Below are positions 12,890 to 24,779 of a DNA stretch of 64,000 nt, piece after piece. Source of the DNA: Hydrolagus affinis (Eukaryota); contig JAAILG010000242.1 of NCBI GenBank assembly GCA_012026655.1, forward strand, positions 1-64,000. Reading direction: 5' to 3'. The notes under the pieces were generated by a model. That model made no database searches, had not been told where the DNA came from, and was given only the letters and a program-made list of their open reading frames with translations. The first letter of the stretch is position 1. Every line of letters begins with the position of its first letter. The translations under genes and the position numbers were made by a program.

Positions 12890-13058
12890 TCACCATAAAA
12901 TTGGCCACTCACTGTTTGTGGGAAGTTACTGTGTGCAAATTATCTGTCACATTTGCCCACAAAATACACACCAGTTTATAGTATATTCTGTGAAGTGCTT
13001 TGAAACGCTCAACAACATCGTATAGCGCTGTACCAAATACAAGGATTATCATCATCAT
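12890..13058 (+). mobile_element. SINE 3' half
   Basis: Deu-like block plus tail ending (ATC)n. Confidence 0.7.
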
Positions 13059-13668
13059 GCTTAATATTTCGGATTAAAATTGATGCAGTACTTTGTTATT
13101 GGAAAAATAACAGACTAATTTGTGTATTTTTGTATATTAGAAAAACGGTAAACTACTAAAGTATTATTTAGATAGTTGAAATTAATTGTATGAAATTTGT
13201 GGAATAATTCTAATTATATTTGTCACATATAATATACATAATAAAATGTATACATTGTTATTTGTTTTTAAAAAGTTACCATTTGAACATTGTAATAATT
13301 CAATACTCAAAAGATTAATTTTTAAAATAGAAAAGGGAGAATAGGACTTGTACTTTTTCAACCTATTCTGCTGCTATTTGTGCCAATTCTACTAAATATC
13401 TTGTAATTCATCCAAATGTCTTATTGCAGATCTATAAGCATTTAACTTGTCAGACTCCTGGGCAATTTTTCAAAAGAAACCAGCAATGGTAGGTGTTAGT
13501 GGAAGTATAGATCATGATTTGTAATAGAAACTGCCAAAGGTACAGACAGCAAGTACATGCAGCTCGTGGCTCCTCTGTTGGTAACATCAAATGCAGTTTT
13601 CTGCTCATTCCTGTTTTATTAATTGAACTGAAGTTAATCATTGTGCAGATTGAAATTGTCAAAGAATA

Positions 13669-13810
13669 TACAGCCAAACCTTTTAAAGTAACAACATCTA
13701 TTCAGCAACCACCTGCTGTCGACAACCATCCTGCAATAGTCCGGACCCATTTTCCATAAAAGACAAAGTCTATTTAGCAGACACTTGTCTAATGCAACCA
13801 GCGGTAACTT
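13669..13810. mobile_element. Possible Tigger/pogo-like DNA transposon terminus, old
   Basis: TA|CAGCCAAACCT start followed by repeated CAACCACCT/CAACCATC subterminal motifs. No partner TIR found. Confidence 0.3.
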
Positions 13811-14068
13811 AGTCCTGTTGGTGTATAGACATGCTTTTCAACAATTGATATGTGTTAGGTGCCTAGCAGGACTCTACACATGGGGCATGGAAATGTTTGG
13901 TCCATGGAAATAGTAACATTTATATTTTGTAATTTATTACTTTATTGAAACTAGTTGGATTTATTGGCTTGTGTGTGCACTGCATTTTTCTATGCACTTA
14001 GAAATTCTACACACTCCAACAAACGCTTACTCAGAGTCCACCCTTACAAAAAGACCACACTGAAACAT

Positions 14069-14145
14069 TGACTGTCCAGTGCCTTGGGATGTCCTCCTGA
14101 CGTGAAAGGTGTTATACAAGTGTAATTTGGTTGTTGTTGTTGTTG
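14069..14145 (+). mobile_element. Tail-only L2 (type A) insertion
   Basis: TGACTGTCCAGTGCCTTGGGATGTCCTCCTGACGTGAAAGG...(GTT)n. Confidence 0.8.
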
Positions 14146-14644
14146 CTTGCCAAAAACAGGTTTGACTGGAATTTATTTCTGGTCCTTTCCTTCATTAAAA
14201 AATGTTTAGAGACTATATTATGATCCAGGAGATCAACAGGTGATGTGTTACCTGAGCTATGATTAAACAAGGTTGTTCCAATTCTCAAACATCAACATAA
14301 TTCTGTGCAGATTCTCTGAAGGTGGATATTATTTTTGCTTTGCTGTGCTTTGTTTCAACAGTGTTTGACTAATGTATTGACCGACTAAATGCAAAACACG
14401 TTCTACCTTCATCCTAGAAATTAATGCATTTTTAATCAGATAAAGCTGATAACTTTAACACGTATGTTGAATACTGACCAGCAATAGCAGATTATTGTAC
14501 TTAGTACAGTGTTGTGTGTATTTGTTGTGTATGTGTATAAATGATCTTTGCCATATATATGTTGCTGTATATAATCCCCTAATAATTATTAGTAACTGCT
14601 ATATTTAAGCATGTGAAACATGAAACTACATGTACTTGTAGTTG

Positions 14645-14650
14645 AATAAA
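14645..14650 (+). terminator. Candidate distal poly(A) signal of CLCN4
   Basis: AATAAA preceded by an AU/UGUA-rich, repeat-poor tract and followed by U/GU-rich sequence (14695-14750). Confidence 0.4.
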
Positions 14651-16215
14651 ACTGTTTGTAAATGTCATTAAATGTCATTAAATGAACTGTAATTCTGATT
14701 GTTTTCCATTATATGCTATTGCCATTTTGTGAGGTTTCAGACTTTGTGTTAGTCGCACTTCTTCTTTCAATGGGCTTCATGGGCTCAATCCTCATGTCAA
14801 TACATGAAATCATGTTGTGGGCTGAAACTGGGGAGTTTTACATTGTCAGAAGTGCTTTGAATTAGATGAGATTTGCAACTTGGTTCATGTAAATGCTTTG
14901 TAAGAGGTTGTTGCCTACTGCTTTTACTTTTTGTGCTGGTTGCAGTTTAACTGCATCCAGAGGTTTCAAATGGTCCATTCTCTGCAAAACTTTCACTAGC
15001 AGCATGAGACCAATGCAGTACTGTGTTTTGTTCAAACACACAGCTTGGTTTTATCTGACACTAGCAGTTGAAGCTAGGATTTAACTCCACACTGTCCACT
15101 CACTCTGATTTGTGTCAAAATTATGTGGATAACTGCATTTAGACACTCTGTATATCTGGGAACTACAAGGACCACACATTACAAAGAATTTGTCAATAAT
15201 CATGGAAGCACACAGGTGTTTCCAGCGAAGACTTCTCTCAATAGAATATGAATAATTGAATTATTGATCTGCACGAAGATAGAGCATCAAATATACATAA
15301 TCTCTTCTGAAACTGAAGATCATCTATTGTCCCGCACTGGCTGCCCCACCTAACTACTTTCTGCCCCATCCAACTATCTACTACCCCACAGGACCACCTA
15401 TTGTCCCCAACACCCCCTTCCCTGTTCACCAACTATCCCATCTGACCACCTTTCCCACCCAACATCCCACCTCCCTGTCTTATCTGGTGATAATCCAATC
15501 TAAATTTGTCCCAGTTGAATCCTGCTGATTAACCTTCAACAATTACCTAACTCAGCAAGCATCATAACAACAACAGAAGCATACATTGAAATGGCTCCCT
15601 TGATACTAATACTGTATTGTCTCCTTTACATGCTACACTGTTAAGACTGCACAGAAATAAACCAGAATCCATTCTACTTGCTTAGAAATAGCTACTCGCA
15701 GATCCAGGGGAATTAACAGTAAGTGAAATAAATGTGTGACACACTAGCTGCCGTTGTCAGGTTAAATGACTGTGGATATAGGTTATTCTGGAATAAAAAG
15801 GCTTAAGTGGTAGATGAAGTTAGATGTGAATGTGCTCAGACTGCAAAGTAAATAAATTATTAATACAGTACTGTATACATGTCTGTCTGCATCAAAGGCA
15901 TGACATTTGTTATTTAAATTTAGTTTTACTCTCAGACCCCATCATTAAATTAATTCAACTTTTCACCATACAGGTCATTGGAGGTTGGATAGCATTGCCA
16001 TATACTGTATGAGCCCCTAAAATATAATTACATTCTGAGAGCAATAATGTAGACTACATGGTCTCTCTGTGAACCAAGATCTTGTTTGCAAAATATTGCA
16101 TTGTCTGGTCCTGATGTGACTTGTAGTTACTCTGTATTTTTTATGGAACCCTTACACATTTTATTCACAAACCATTGGTGCTTTATATCCTCACAATATA
16201 AATTTTTGTTTACAT

Positions 16216-16455
16216 CAACAACAACAACAACAAAATTACATTTGTATAGCCCTTTTCATGTCAGGAGGAAATCCCAAGGTGCTGTGTCTTCAAATCAATT
16301 GAATAAAATGCCTTTACTGTATAGTATATAAAAGCCTATACTATATACACTGAATAAAAAGCCTAATTCAACAAACAACAACAAAATTCCACTTGTATAG
16401 TGCCTTTCACGTCAGGAGGACATCCCAATTATACAAATTGCAAGAATTATTATTC
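16216..16455 (-). mobile_element. Two tail-only L2 (type A) copies plus a SINE tail remnant
   Basis: (AAC)n-AAAATT.CA.TTGTATAG..CC.TTCA.GTCAGGAGGA.ATCCCAA at about 16216-16285 and 16370-16428. Confidence 0.75.
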
Positions 16456-16997
16456 TAAATTCAAAATGTATTTTCCTACTGCTTCCATATTAGAGATTGA
16501 GTTTTTCAAATTTCAAAAGGTCTGTCACACTGAAAATGCAGAAGAAACTCACAGTCAATTGTTATGTTTTTAACTGCTGTCACGACTGCTAACCACTTGT
16601 GCTATTCAGTGTTAGTACAGTAATGTACTAAATTGTTCAACAGCAGAACAGTCCTGAGCAACGAAAAAGGCAGTACGACAGCTCAATATAACCTGTAACA
16701 AAGACCCCAGAAAAAGTGACAAAGATATTTATGTTTACATTTTAAATGATAAAATTCATCAAGTTTAATGAACACAAAACCCCCACAAACTTTACCTCAA
16801 TTTATTTTATTCCCAACAGCAATTTTATTCTTGCTGTTTTCTCTGACACAGAAAAGGGATCAATCATTACCGATTACATAAAATTTATTTTTAGGCACCC
16901 AACTTGGTAATAGCTTGGATCACCATAAGAGCTGCAACAAGTTGGCCAGGGTAACTATTCTCAGCAATTGACTTCAAATCATGTCCAGTTAATAAAA

Positions 16998-17296
16998 AAT
17001 AATAATCCTTGCATTTGATATAGAACTTTTCACATCTTCTAGACGTCTCAAAGCACTTCACAGAATATACTGTACTATAAAACAAATTGACTGTATAATT
17101 GTGGGCAAAACGTAGCAGCCAATTGCTCACAGCAGTGTTCCACAAACAGTCGTGGATTGAAATGACCAATGTTTTGTGGGGAGGGATGATTATCAGGCAT
17201 ATGGAATAAGGAAACTTGCCCAAGGTTTCGCCCTGACCTTCCTGGAATAGAACCCAGGTCTCTTGCTTACGAGGCTGGTGCTTTAACCACTGAGCT
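16998..17296 (-). mobile_element. Full-length young tRNA SINE
   Basis: Reverse complement of the 9841-10161 family. Confidence 0.9.
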
Positions 17297-17422
17297 CAAA
17301 TTCAGTTTAATTGATTAATCTAATCCAGGATTACTGTGCAGGAATTCTTCCATTCACTGTGAAAAATCTTTGCTTAATTCCGGATCAAAAAATTCCACTT
17401 CTACTGTTTTAATAGTCTTGGC

Positions 17423-17436
17423 CCACTAGATGGCAC
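17423..17436 (+). promoter_or_regulatory. Candidate CTCF site
   Basis: CCACTAGATGGCAC matches the CCASYAGRKGGCRS core at every position. Confidence 0.55.
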
Positions 17437-18309
17437 ACAAATATAGATAATCTTAGGCCTTCCCTTCAAAATATGGCATGAGACAAAACGTTATAAAAAC
17501 AAATTGAAAAATTGTATTGGTTTCCTCCCTGAGAAGACAATGTTATTTTAAAAAAGTATTTATACAATAATTAGAAATTTAAGATGATACACTTACTGAG
17601 AGCATTTACATTCGGTGTAAGCCCATTATAAGCCACTTACTTATAAAGTGGGCTTACTGATAAAGCAGTTGCTCTGTAGTGTTATCTTTGTTGTGTAGAC
17701 CTGCCAGATTCCCTTGTACAAAACTAATGAAAAACTTCTAAATTGCCAGGTCACTACCAATGTCACTTTCTGTAGTCTGAGCTCAGTGTCACTTCCTGAA
17801 CTCTGCTCTCCATGGGAGAAGTGATATCCGTGGTGCTTCCACCCACAGGGTCCTGCACAGCATACAGGTAGGATATTTGGTCATTATGTCTATGTCAGTT
17901 TTCTGTCAGAGCCAGCTGTTAGTCCAACGCCCCTGCTTTTTCCACAGTTGTCTATTTTTTATCAAAATATTTGTCTTATTCTCTTCCCCATTGGCTCGGT
18001 GTCATTCTCCACCGAGAGAGAATGACACCTCTCATTCTCCCAGAGAGCACTGTCTAGTGTTCTGGGACATTACCTTGCATGAGAGCGCTATATAAATGCA
18101 TGTTGTTGCAAAAAAAGAAAAAATTCTACAGCAATCATTATTTTTGGTATGAACCTTCTGTGTCCAGTTAATAAAAATAAAATGTGTTAAAAAAATCCAA
18201 TCTTTGTTTTTTTATACAATGAACTTAAATTTATGCCATCTAATTACTTACACACTATTTTCCAGTGGAAATAGTTTCTCTTATTCATCAAATTCCCTCA
18301 TGATTTTCA

Positions 18310-18512
18310 ATGATAATAATCTCTCAAAAAAACATAATAATAAAATTTGCCATTTCAATCCATGACTATTTATGGAATACTGCTGTGTGCAATTTGGCGA
18401 CTGCGTTTCGCCCACAAATATACAGTTGATTCACTTTACAGTATATTTTGTGAAGCGCTTTGAGACGTCTAGAAGATGTGCAAAGTGCTATATCAAATGC
18501 AAGGATTATTTT
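18310..18512 (+). mobile_element. SINE 3' half
   Basis: Deu-like block and intact tail AGCGCTTTGAGACGTCTAGAAGATGTG. Confidence 0.8.
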
Positions 18513-18589
18513 ACATTATTTTCAACACTATTAGGTCTCCTCACAAATTTCACTGTTCCATTGAAAATAGTTCTGTTCTCAATTGTATT

Positions 18590-18830
18590 CCCATAAGTAA
18601 AATACTAAGCCTCTCATTTCTGGTATCTCCTCTGTACTTTCTCTCTGGCCTTGACATCCTTCTTTGGTAGAGAAGAATGGGGACATAATATTCCAAAGTA
18701 ACTCATGCTTTATATAGATTTAGTGTTGCTTATTTTGGTTTGTATTCTATATCTATTTATAAAAATGATGTGTATCCCATCAACTCTTTGCAGCTTTATC
18801 AACTTTCCTTGCCTCTTTTAATAACTAGAG
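18590..18830 (-). mobile_element. Old CR1 fragment
   Basis: CTCTGTACTTTCTCTCTGGCCTTGACATCC is antisense to the DVKALE(K)VQR block. Confidence 0.45.
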
Positions 18831-19414
18831 CTGAGAGAAAACGCTGATTTTATGGGGGTTTATCTGTTTTCAAATGGGATTGAAAAAGTAAATCTGGAAC
18901 AGCACTTTTTTTGCACTGTAAGGGTTTCTAACAGGAACTGCCACATGTGCATTGTTTCTGAAGCTGTGTGGCATTTATTCATACAGTGTTGTCCCCCCAC
19001 CCAATTCCCACCTATCCATTGATTGTTTTTGGTGCAAGGATTGGGTCCTGGAGAAGGCAAATGAAAACGCACGGTTAGTAGTACAAATGACATCCCAAAT
19101 TTAAAGTAAATTCCCAATTTTTATAGAATATCGAGTGGCTTTAAATTGGACACTTGGTGTTATCATTCTTATCAAATCTAAAATTACTTATCCTGAGAAC
19201 CTTGTTTAGTCTTGATACAATTACCAACCAGTGGAGAATATGATGTGGCATGCTCACTAAGCTCAGTAAATTGTCCAAGCAGTGCAATATTAGCTTCCAG
19301 ATGTATGAAAAATTCATTTAAATTACTTGCTCCAGTGGATCTTGCATATTTTTGTAAAAGTTCAGATAAGTTTCCTTGTAATGGCAAATAGTGTCCTACT
19401 AATGCAACAGAACA

Positions 19415-20175
19415 GACTTAAAACAAAAACAGAAATAGCTGGGAACACTCAGGAGGTCAGGATCCTCCTATGGAAAAAGGAAAAGTGAATCAATGTATTG
19501 GACCCACAACCCTTTGTCAGAACTGGGGCAAGTTGGGAGGGAGAGGCTTTTAAGGATCAACAGAGCGAGGAAGACAAAGGAGAAAATGGGGTAGAGGACA
19601 GGAGATGATGAGTTAAAGAGGTGTTGATGTTGTAAAACAAAGGGATGGGGAATTGCAACAAAACTGGAAAGAAGAGGTGTTAATAACGTAAAACAAAGTG
19701 AGTGAAATTGGAACAATGTAGGTGACCGTGGATGGAGAGGTCAGACTGTGAATGAGAAGGAGAATTGAAATGATCAGAAACTGATAGACCAGGGTTGTAC
19801 TTGTGAACAGAAGGTGTTCGCCTGTGGTGGAGTGTGGAGGGACTGGGTTGGTGGGGTGGGGGGTGGGGGGTGGGGAGTGTTCCCCAATGTGGAGGAGACC
19901 ACACCGTGATCAGTGAATGCAGTATTGTATACTACATTGGTGGAAGTACATGTAAATCGCTATCTCATATGAAAACTGCTTGGTAGCCTTGGACAGTGGT
20001 CTGGGTGGATATGAAAGGGTGGATATTGCACCTCCTGCGCTGGCATGGGAGGTGCCGGGGGAAGGAGAGCAATTGTTGGTGCTGATGGAGGAATGAAACA
20101 GGGAGTAACAGAGGGAGAGGTCTCTTCAGAATACAGTACTTAGATGGGAGGGGATGGAAATATATGTTTTGTGGA
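19415..20175 (-). mobile_element. Penelope-like element relic (GIY-YIG endonuclease end plus pLTR with decayed hammerhead core)
   Basis: Minus-strand remnants RFTCTSTNVVY and PGLSVSDHFNSPSHSQSDLSIHG are typical of the PLE GIY-YIG domain. The terminal region is homologous to 39290-39390. Confidence 0.8.
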
Positions 20176-20369
20176 AACAGACTTTCCCCACCTCCGTTCT
20201 GTCCGTTATGCCCCAGTAACAGACATAGCTCTGTAAATGAAAACTATCTTTTCAAATATCAACTCCAGTATTCTCTATAAATGCTGAATCAATAAAAGTG
20301 TTTTACTTAGGTATACTACATTGAGATATCTCAGAAAATAGGACTGTTCTTTAATTTTACTATCTATTA

Positions 20370-21540
20370 GTCGCTTCTGCCCGCATACTTACCTGGACCA
20401 AGCTCTGTATCCCATCTCACAAATTCTGGTCAGGGTCCACTAGCTCCCCATCACTGAATGGATTGACTTCAAGATCCTCACACTTGTAATCAAATCCCTT
20501 CATTCCCTGTCACCTCCCTATGTCTCTGACCTCCTCACTCCCCAATCCACTATCCGGCGCCTCCATTTCACTCCACTCCTCCTGCATGTCCCTCGCGCCC
20601 CTGCTTCACAATCGGAGGTCGCACATTCAGCCACTATGCTACAAAACTCTGGAACATTCTCCCTCAATCCCTCTGCCTTGCCCTCTCCTTCCATATTTTC
20701 AAATCCCACCTGAAAATCTTTTCAAACATGCTTATGGTCACCCATCCACCTCCAACCACTTCTCCACCAACTTGAAGTCAGGCTCTGCCACTGTTAACCT
20801 CCACCACGGGTCACAAATGATATCCGGCCATTTGTGACCAGGGCTTCCTCTGCTCATCATCCTTCTCAATCTAACCACTGCCTTCGATACGTGGACCATT
20901 CGATCCTTCTCCACCGCCTCTCCTCCCACCTCAACTTTCAAGGTTCTGTCCTTGACTGGTTCAGGTCTTATTCGCCATTTTGTGTCTGCCAATGGCTTTT
21001 CCTCCAGCCTCTGCAGCGTTTCATGCGGCGTTCCTCAGGGCTCTGTCCCAGCTCATGTCCTCTCCCACACTAAGCTCCTGGACCACATCATTCCCACCCT
21101 TGCCAAATTGGCTCCCCATCCCCCAGAGGATACAAATCAAGATCCTCATCCTCACTTTCAAGGCCATTCATGGCCTTGCCCCTTCTTATTTTTCTGACCT
21201 GCTGATTCCCTATCAACCTGCCTGTCCCCTCTGTTCAGCTGGCTCTGGTCTGCTCCATGTCTCCCGCCCGACCCGTCCTACCATCGGTAGCCGGGCTTTC
21301 AACTTCTCTGTCCCCACACTCTGGAACTCCATCCCACAGTCCTTTTGCCTCACTTCTTCCCTTGCCTCCTTCAAGGCCGGACTCAAGACCCTCCTATTCG
21401 ATCGTATTGCCCTTCTACCTCTCTCCCTCCCTACTACCCTGCCCCTCCCCCGTGCTTGGATCCCGACCCCTGACTGTTCAGCACCTTGGGATGTCCTCCC
21501 AACATGAAAGGCACTCTATAAATGTAATTTTGTTGTTGTT
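20370..21540 (+). mobile_element. Composite L2 cluster: an older L2 3' end followed by an internally deleted L2 (RT part plus type A tail)
   Basis: AFDxVDHSILLHRLS, GVPQGS and IQIKILILTFKAIHGLAPSY remnants; (GTT)n tail at about 21540. Confidence 0.85.
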
Positions 21541-21559
21541 AAGCACACTGAGATCTCCT

Positions 21560-21690
21560 ATGTTGGATAATTATTTAGGGAGGACGGGTTTGCGGGGTTA
21601 TGGGGATTGGGATTGACTTTGAATTGCTCTTTTCAAAGAACCGGCACAGACTCAATGGGCCAAATTTTGTGCTGTAAAATTCTGTGATAT
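21560..21690 (+). mobile_element. CR1 3' terminus
   Basis: GGGTTATGGGG...GCTCTTTTCAAAGAACCGGCACAGACTCAATGGGCC...ATTCTGTGAT. Confidence 0.7.
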
Positions 21691-23744
21691 GAGTGTAAAT
21701 TATTATTGTTGTAATAATATGAGCCAAATGAGAAAAGCTTAAAAGTAAGTGTAATGACAAGAGACTCCCAATGAATGATTGCAACAATTCATATATCTTG
21801 CAATTTGAAACAAGATGGACTCAGGTCCTATTTGATCTCATGGACTGAAGTCCTGTTCGTTGCTCCTTCTAAATGGTCTCCCTCACAATGAAAGTGTTTG
21901 GGTGTTAGTTTCAATCTAGTTCCTACTGCCTGGGAATATCTTCACACAACTGACACGGCAATTCCAAATTCATTACAAAGAAAAAACGAGAACACCTGTC
22001 AACATTACAAAAACAGCTTTTGAGGATAAAAGATCAAAGGACTACATAGAGTGATTCATGAAAAGAGATAACCCTTTAATTTCTCTTTACACTATAAATC
22101 TCTGTCAATCTCATCAAAATCCCATTCATTTATTCTAAGAATGATACCTGACAAATCTTAGCCTTGTGCTGCTTCTAAAGTGCCATAAATCTGCTTGTGA
22201 CATTATCTATGATCAGGCTGCGCAAGATCAAAAGGAATTTGACACCTGAATTGTGAAAGAAGTTTTATGTTAAGACAATCATACTTGTAACTTTAATAAT
22301 TATATCAAACATTATGAAGTCGTGAGCAAAAGAAAAAAGTGTGATTTCCTCTCCCTGAATTTGGTAAAATACATTGAAATGCATGCATTGCAAAAAATGT
22401 TTTTCCCCCGAAAAATCATTATCATTTCCAACTGGGAAAGTATTCATGCCCAATAGCCTCACAGTTGTTGACTTATGTAGTTTTAGAAATGCAGCATTGG
22501 AGATGGGAGCCCCTTCTCTGAAAAATGTACTAAATGTCTTCATATTATTTTGCTGAGTATTGGGATCTAACTAGTGGTTTAGATGAAGACATTCCTTAAT
22601 TATCAAATTGGCATTTGAATTGCCAAGTTGGTATTGAGATGATCTATACACCAATACACAATGTGAATGTTCAAAATGCCAATGTCCTGATGTTAACTCA
22701 CAAATCATAACTTTTCACTGTCCCTTAGCAAACTGTAACTTTACTGTGGAGTTTTAGTGAATCTACGATCCCACTAACTAGCAATTAAGAGCCACAAAGT
22801 ACAAGCCAGACATTAAATACACAACGCGGCTTCAGGATTTTGTCATTGAGAATGTTATTGCACATTTAATTAATTCACATTTGATAATTAAGCAATCTCT
22901 TCATTTATACCACATGTTAGACTGCATTATATTCCAATTATCTCATGAGGCAGGAAGAGAAAGCCACAAGTTTACAGAACTATGTTTTACTATTTACCCT
23001 CTCTAGGGAGATTAATGCCCCAGAAATATGTGTGGGTGATGCAGCCATCCTTTTTGCATACAATAACACATTAAGCAGTTGTAACTGAGCCCTCTCCTTT
23101 CTACCCACTATTACTAATCACCATACAAAAGCATTTCACAGTTATAGCCCCTGGCTTGTAATATAATCTACCTTTAAAAAATGACCAATTTAGATTATTT
23201 CATTGACTAGAGAAAACACACAGACTCCCAGACTACAGGTAGTTTTTACAGGCTTTGAGTAGATCTTCAAACATATCATTTCTTGTTTTATGTACTGGCT
23301 TTAAAACAAATCATATTTGAATCAAGCAGGTAAGGTTACACATGTGTCTAGGTTAAAGTCAAATAATCCAAATTGAATATGTTTCATTCTCTGCCATGGT
23401 TTAATATTCATCTTTACTACTGAGGGAAGAAACTGAATAAAATAAATTTAGCGAGTTAATTATGTACTATTTCATCAACATGCTGTAGTTTCGCCCCCAT
23501 TTCCATCTTTGCCTTTGATTAATTTTGAATTGGTTAGTATTTTACTCTATTATATTATTGTGTTTATTGAGGTGCAGAGATACTTTGCAGATGCATTTAC
23601 TGTTTGCAACATTACAAACCTTTCAATACATAGTAAATTGTATTATGTACCATTCTGGTACTGTGGTTTGCCATTGTGAATGAACCAGCACACGAGCCGA
23701 AGAGAACTGCAGCACTTAGTGAATAGGGGATGTGACTTGACTGT

Positions 23745-24194
23745 GAATTCATGCATCGAAACCAGGTGTTCTTCTGGCAGAACAAGGGGACAGTGAGAGC
23801 CTGTCTCAGGCTCACGCCCGCTAGGATCAGGGACTATGTAGCTGACGTTTGCTCAATAGTGGCAAAGGCCAGATGGGGCCTGACCCCGGCAGGAGACGTT
23901 CCTGCGCAAACTGCTCAGGGCACAACTACCGAGTGGCCCACAAGCGCACCCAAAACGGTCTGAAATAAACACAGAAGGAACGCTTGACATGTAGCCAAGG
24001 AGCATTCTGAAAACCTATGTACAGTAAACATGTGCCTGTGGGTGCGCACATGGCTATGGTTCACACAAAATGTGCGCACAACCTGTATGCGGAGAAGAAA
24101 CGTACCATAAGTAACTGAATTTTTTTTTGTGTCGGGAAATTGGAAAAGAAGGTATTGTATTTGTTTTGGATTACTGTTATACCAAATTAAAAAA
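23745..24194 (+). mobile_element. Tx1-like (L1 group) LINE 3' end
   Basis: ORF remnant RNQVFF...CLRL..ARIRDYV.D...AKARWG resembles the Tx1 ORF2 C-terminus. It is followed by a TGTA-rich 3' UTR and a short A tail. Confidence 0.65.
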
Positions 24195-24779
24195 GTGAAT
24201 GTTCTTGGATCTTTTTATTGTTACTTTTGAAGAGCCTTTAAAAATATTGCCGCCATATTTGCATCATTCCTAAGGCTGGACTTTTAGAACTTATATTACA
24301 AAGGATTGTATTTCCCTCTCTCTTCGCACTCACCAGAGTATTTCAATAATCTTATTCCATCTTCATGTTAAAAAATACAATTGGCTAAAGAACTCTAAAC
24401 TCGTCTCAATATAAGGACAGACTCCATTTCATAAATTGGACCCTGAGGGAGGAGCGGTTTTACATTCCGTCAAACATTCCTGTTGCAATTTCTCATGGTA
24501 CTTTTCAGAGCGCTGGCCAGTCTGACTTTCAGTGGAATCATTGTTCTTGTTTTACATTAGCAGAACCGCTCTGAAACAGATCGAGATATTTGGGTTTCTG
24601 ATACCAGATTTCCAAATCTCAGGGAGTCTGTTAAAGCAACATCAGTGCACTGTATATCTTGTGAAGTGCTTTGAGATGTTCTCCTAATGTTGAAGATGCT
24701 ATATCAAATGTAAAGATTATTATTTAGAGTTCCTTTTTTGTTGGGAGGATGATTATCACATTGTTGATGATGCAATGTT

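Noticed and set aside
15325-15480. C-rich periodic tract (CTGCCCCA..CAACTA)
   Set aside because: Degenerate low-complexity minisatellite with no constant repeat/unique spacer structure; not CRISPR-like.
17776-17867. Possible orphan exon (tttctgtag ... CAG|gtagga)
   Set aside because: Splice-like motifs alone are common, and there is no coding or partner-exon support.
22374-22556. CxxC start resembling a C2H2 zinc finger
   Set aside because: No histidine pair or linker; likely chance.
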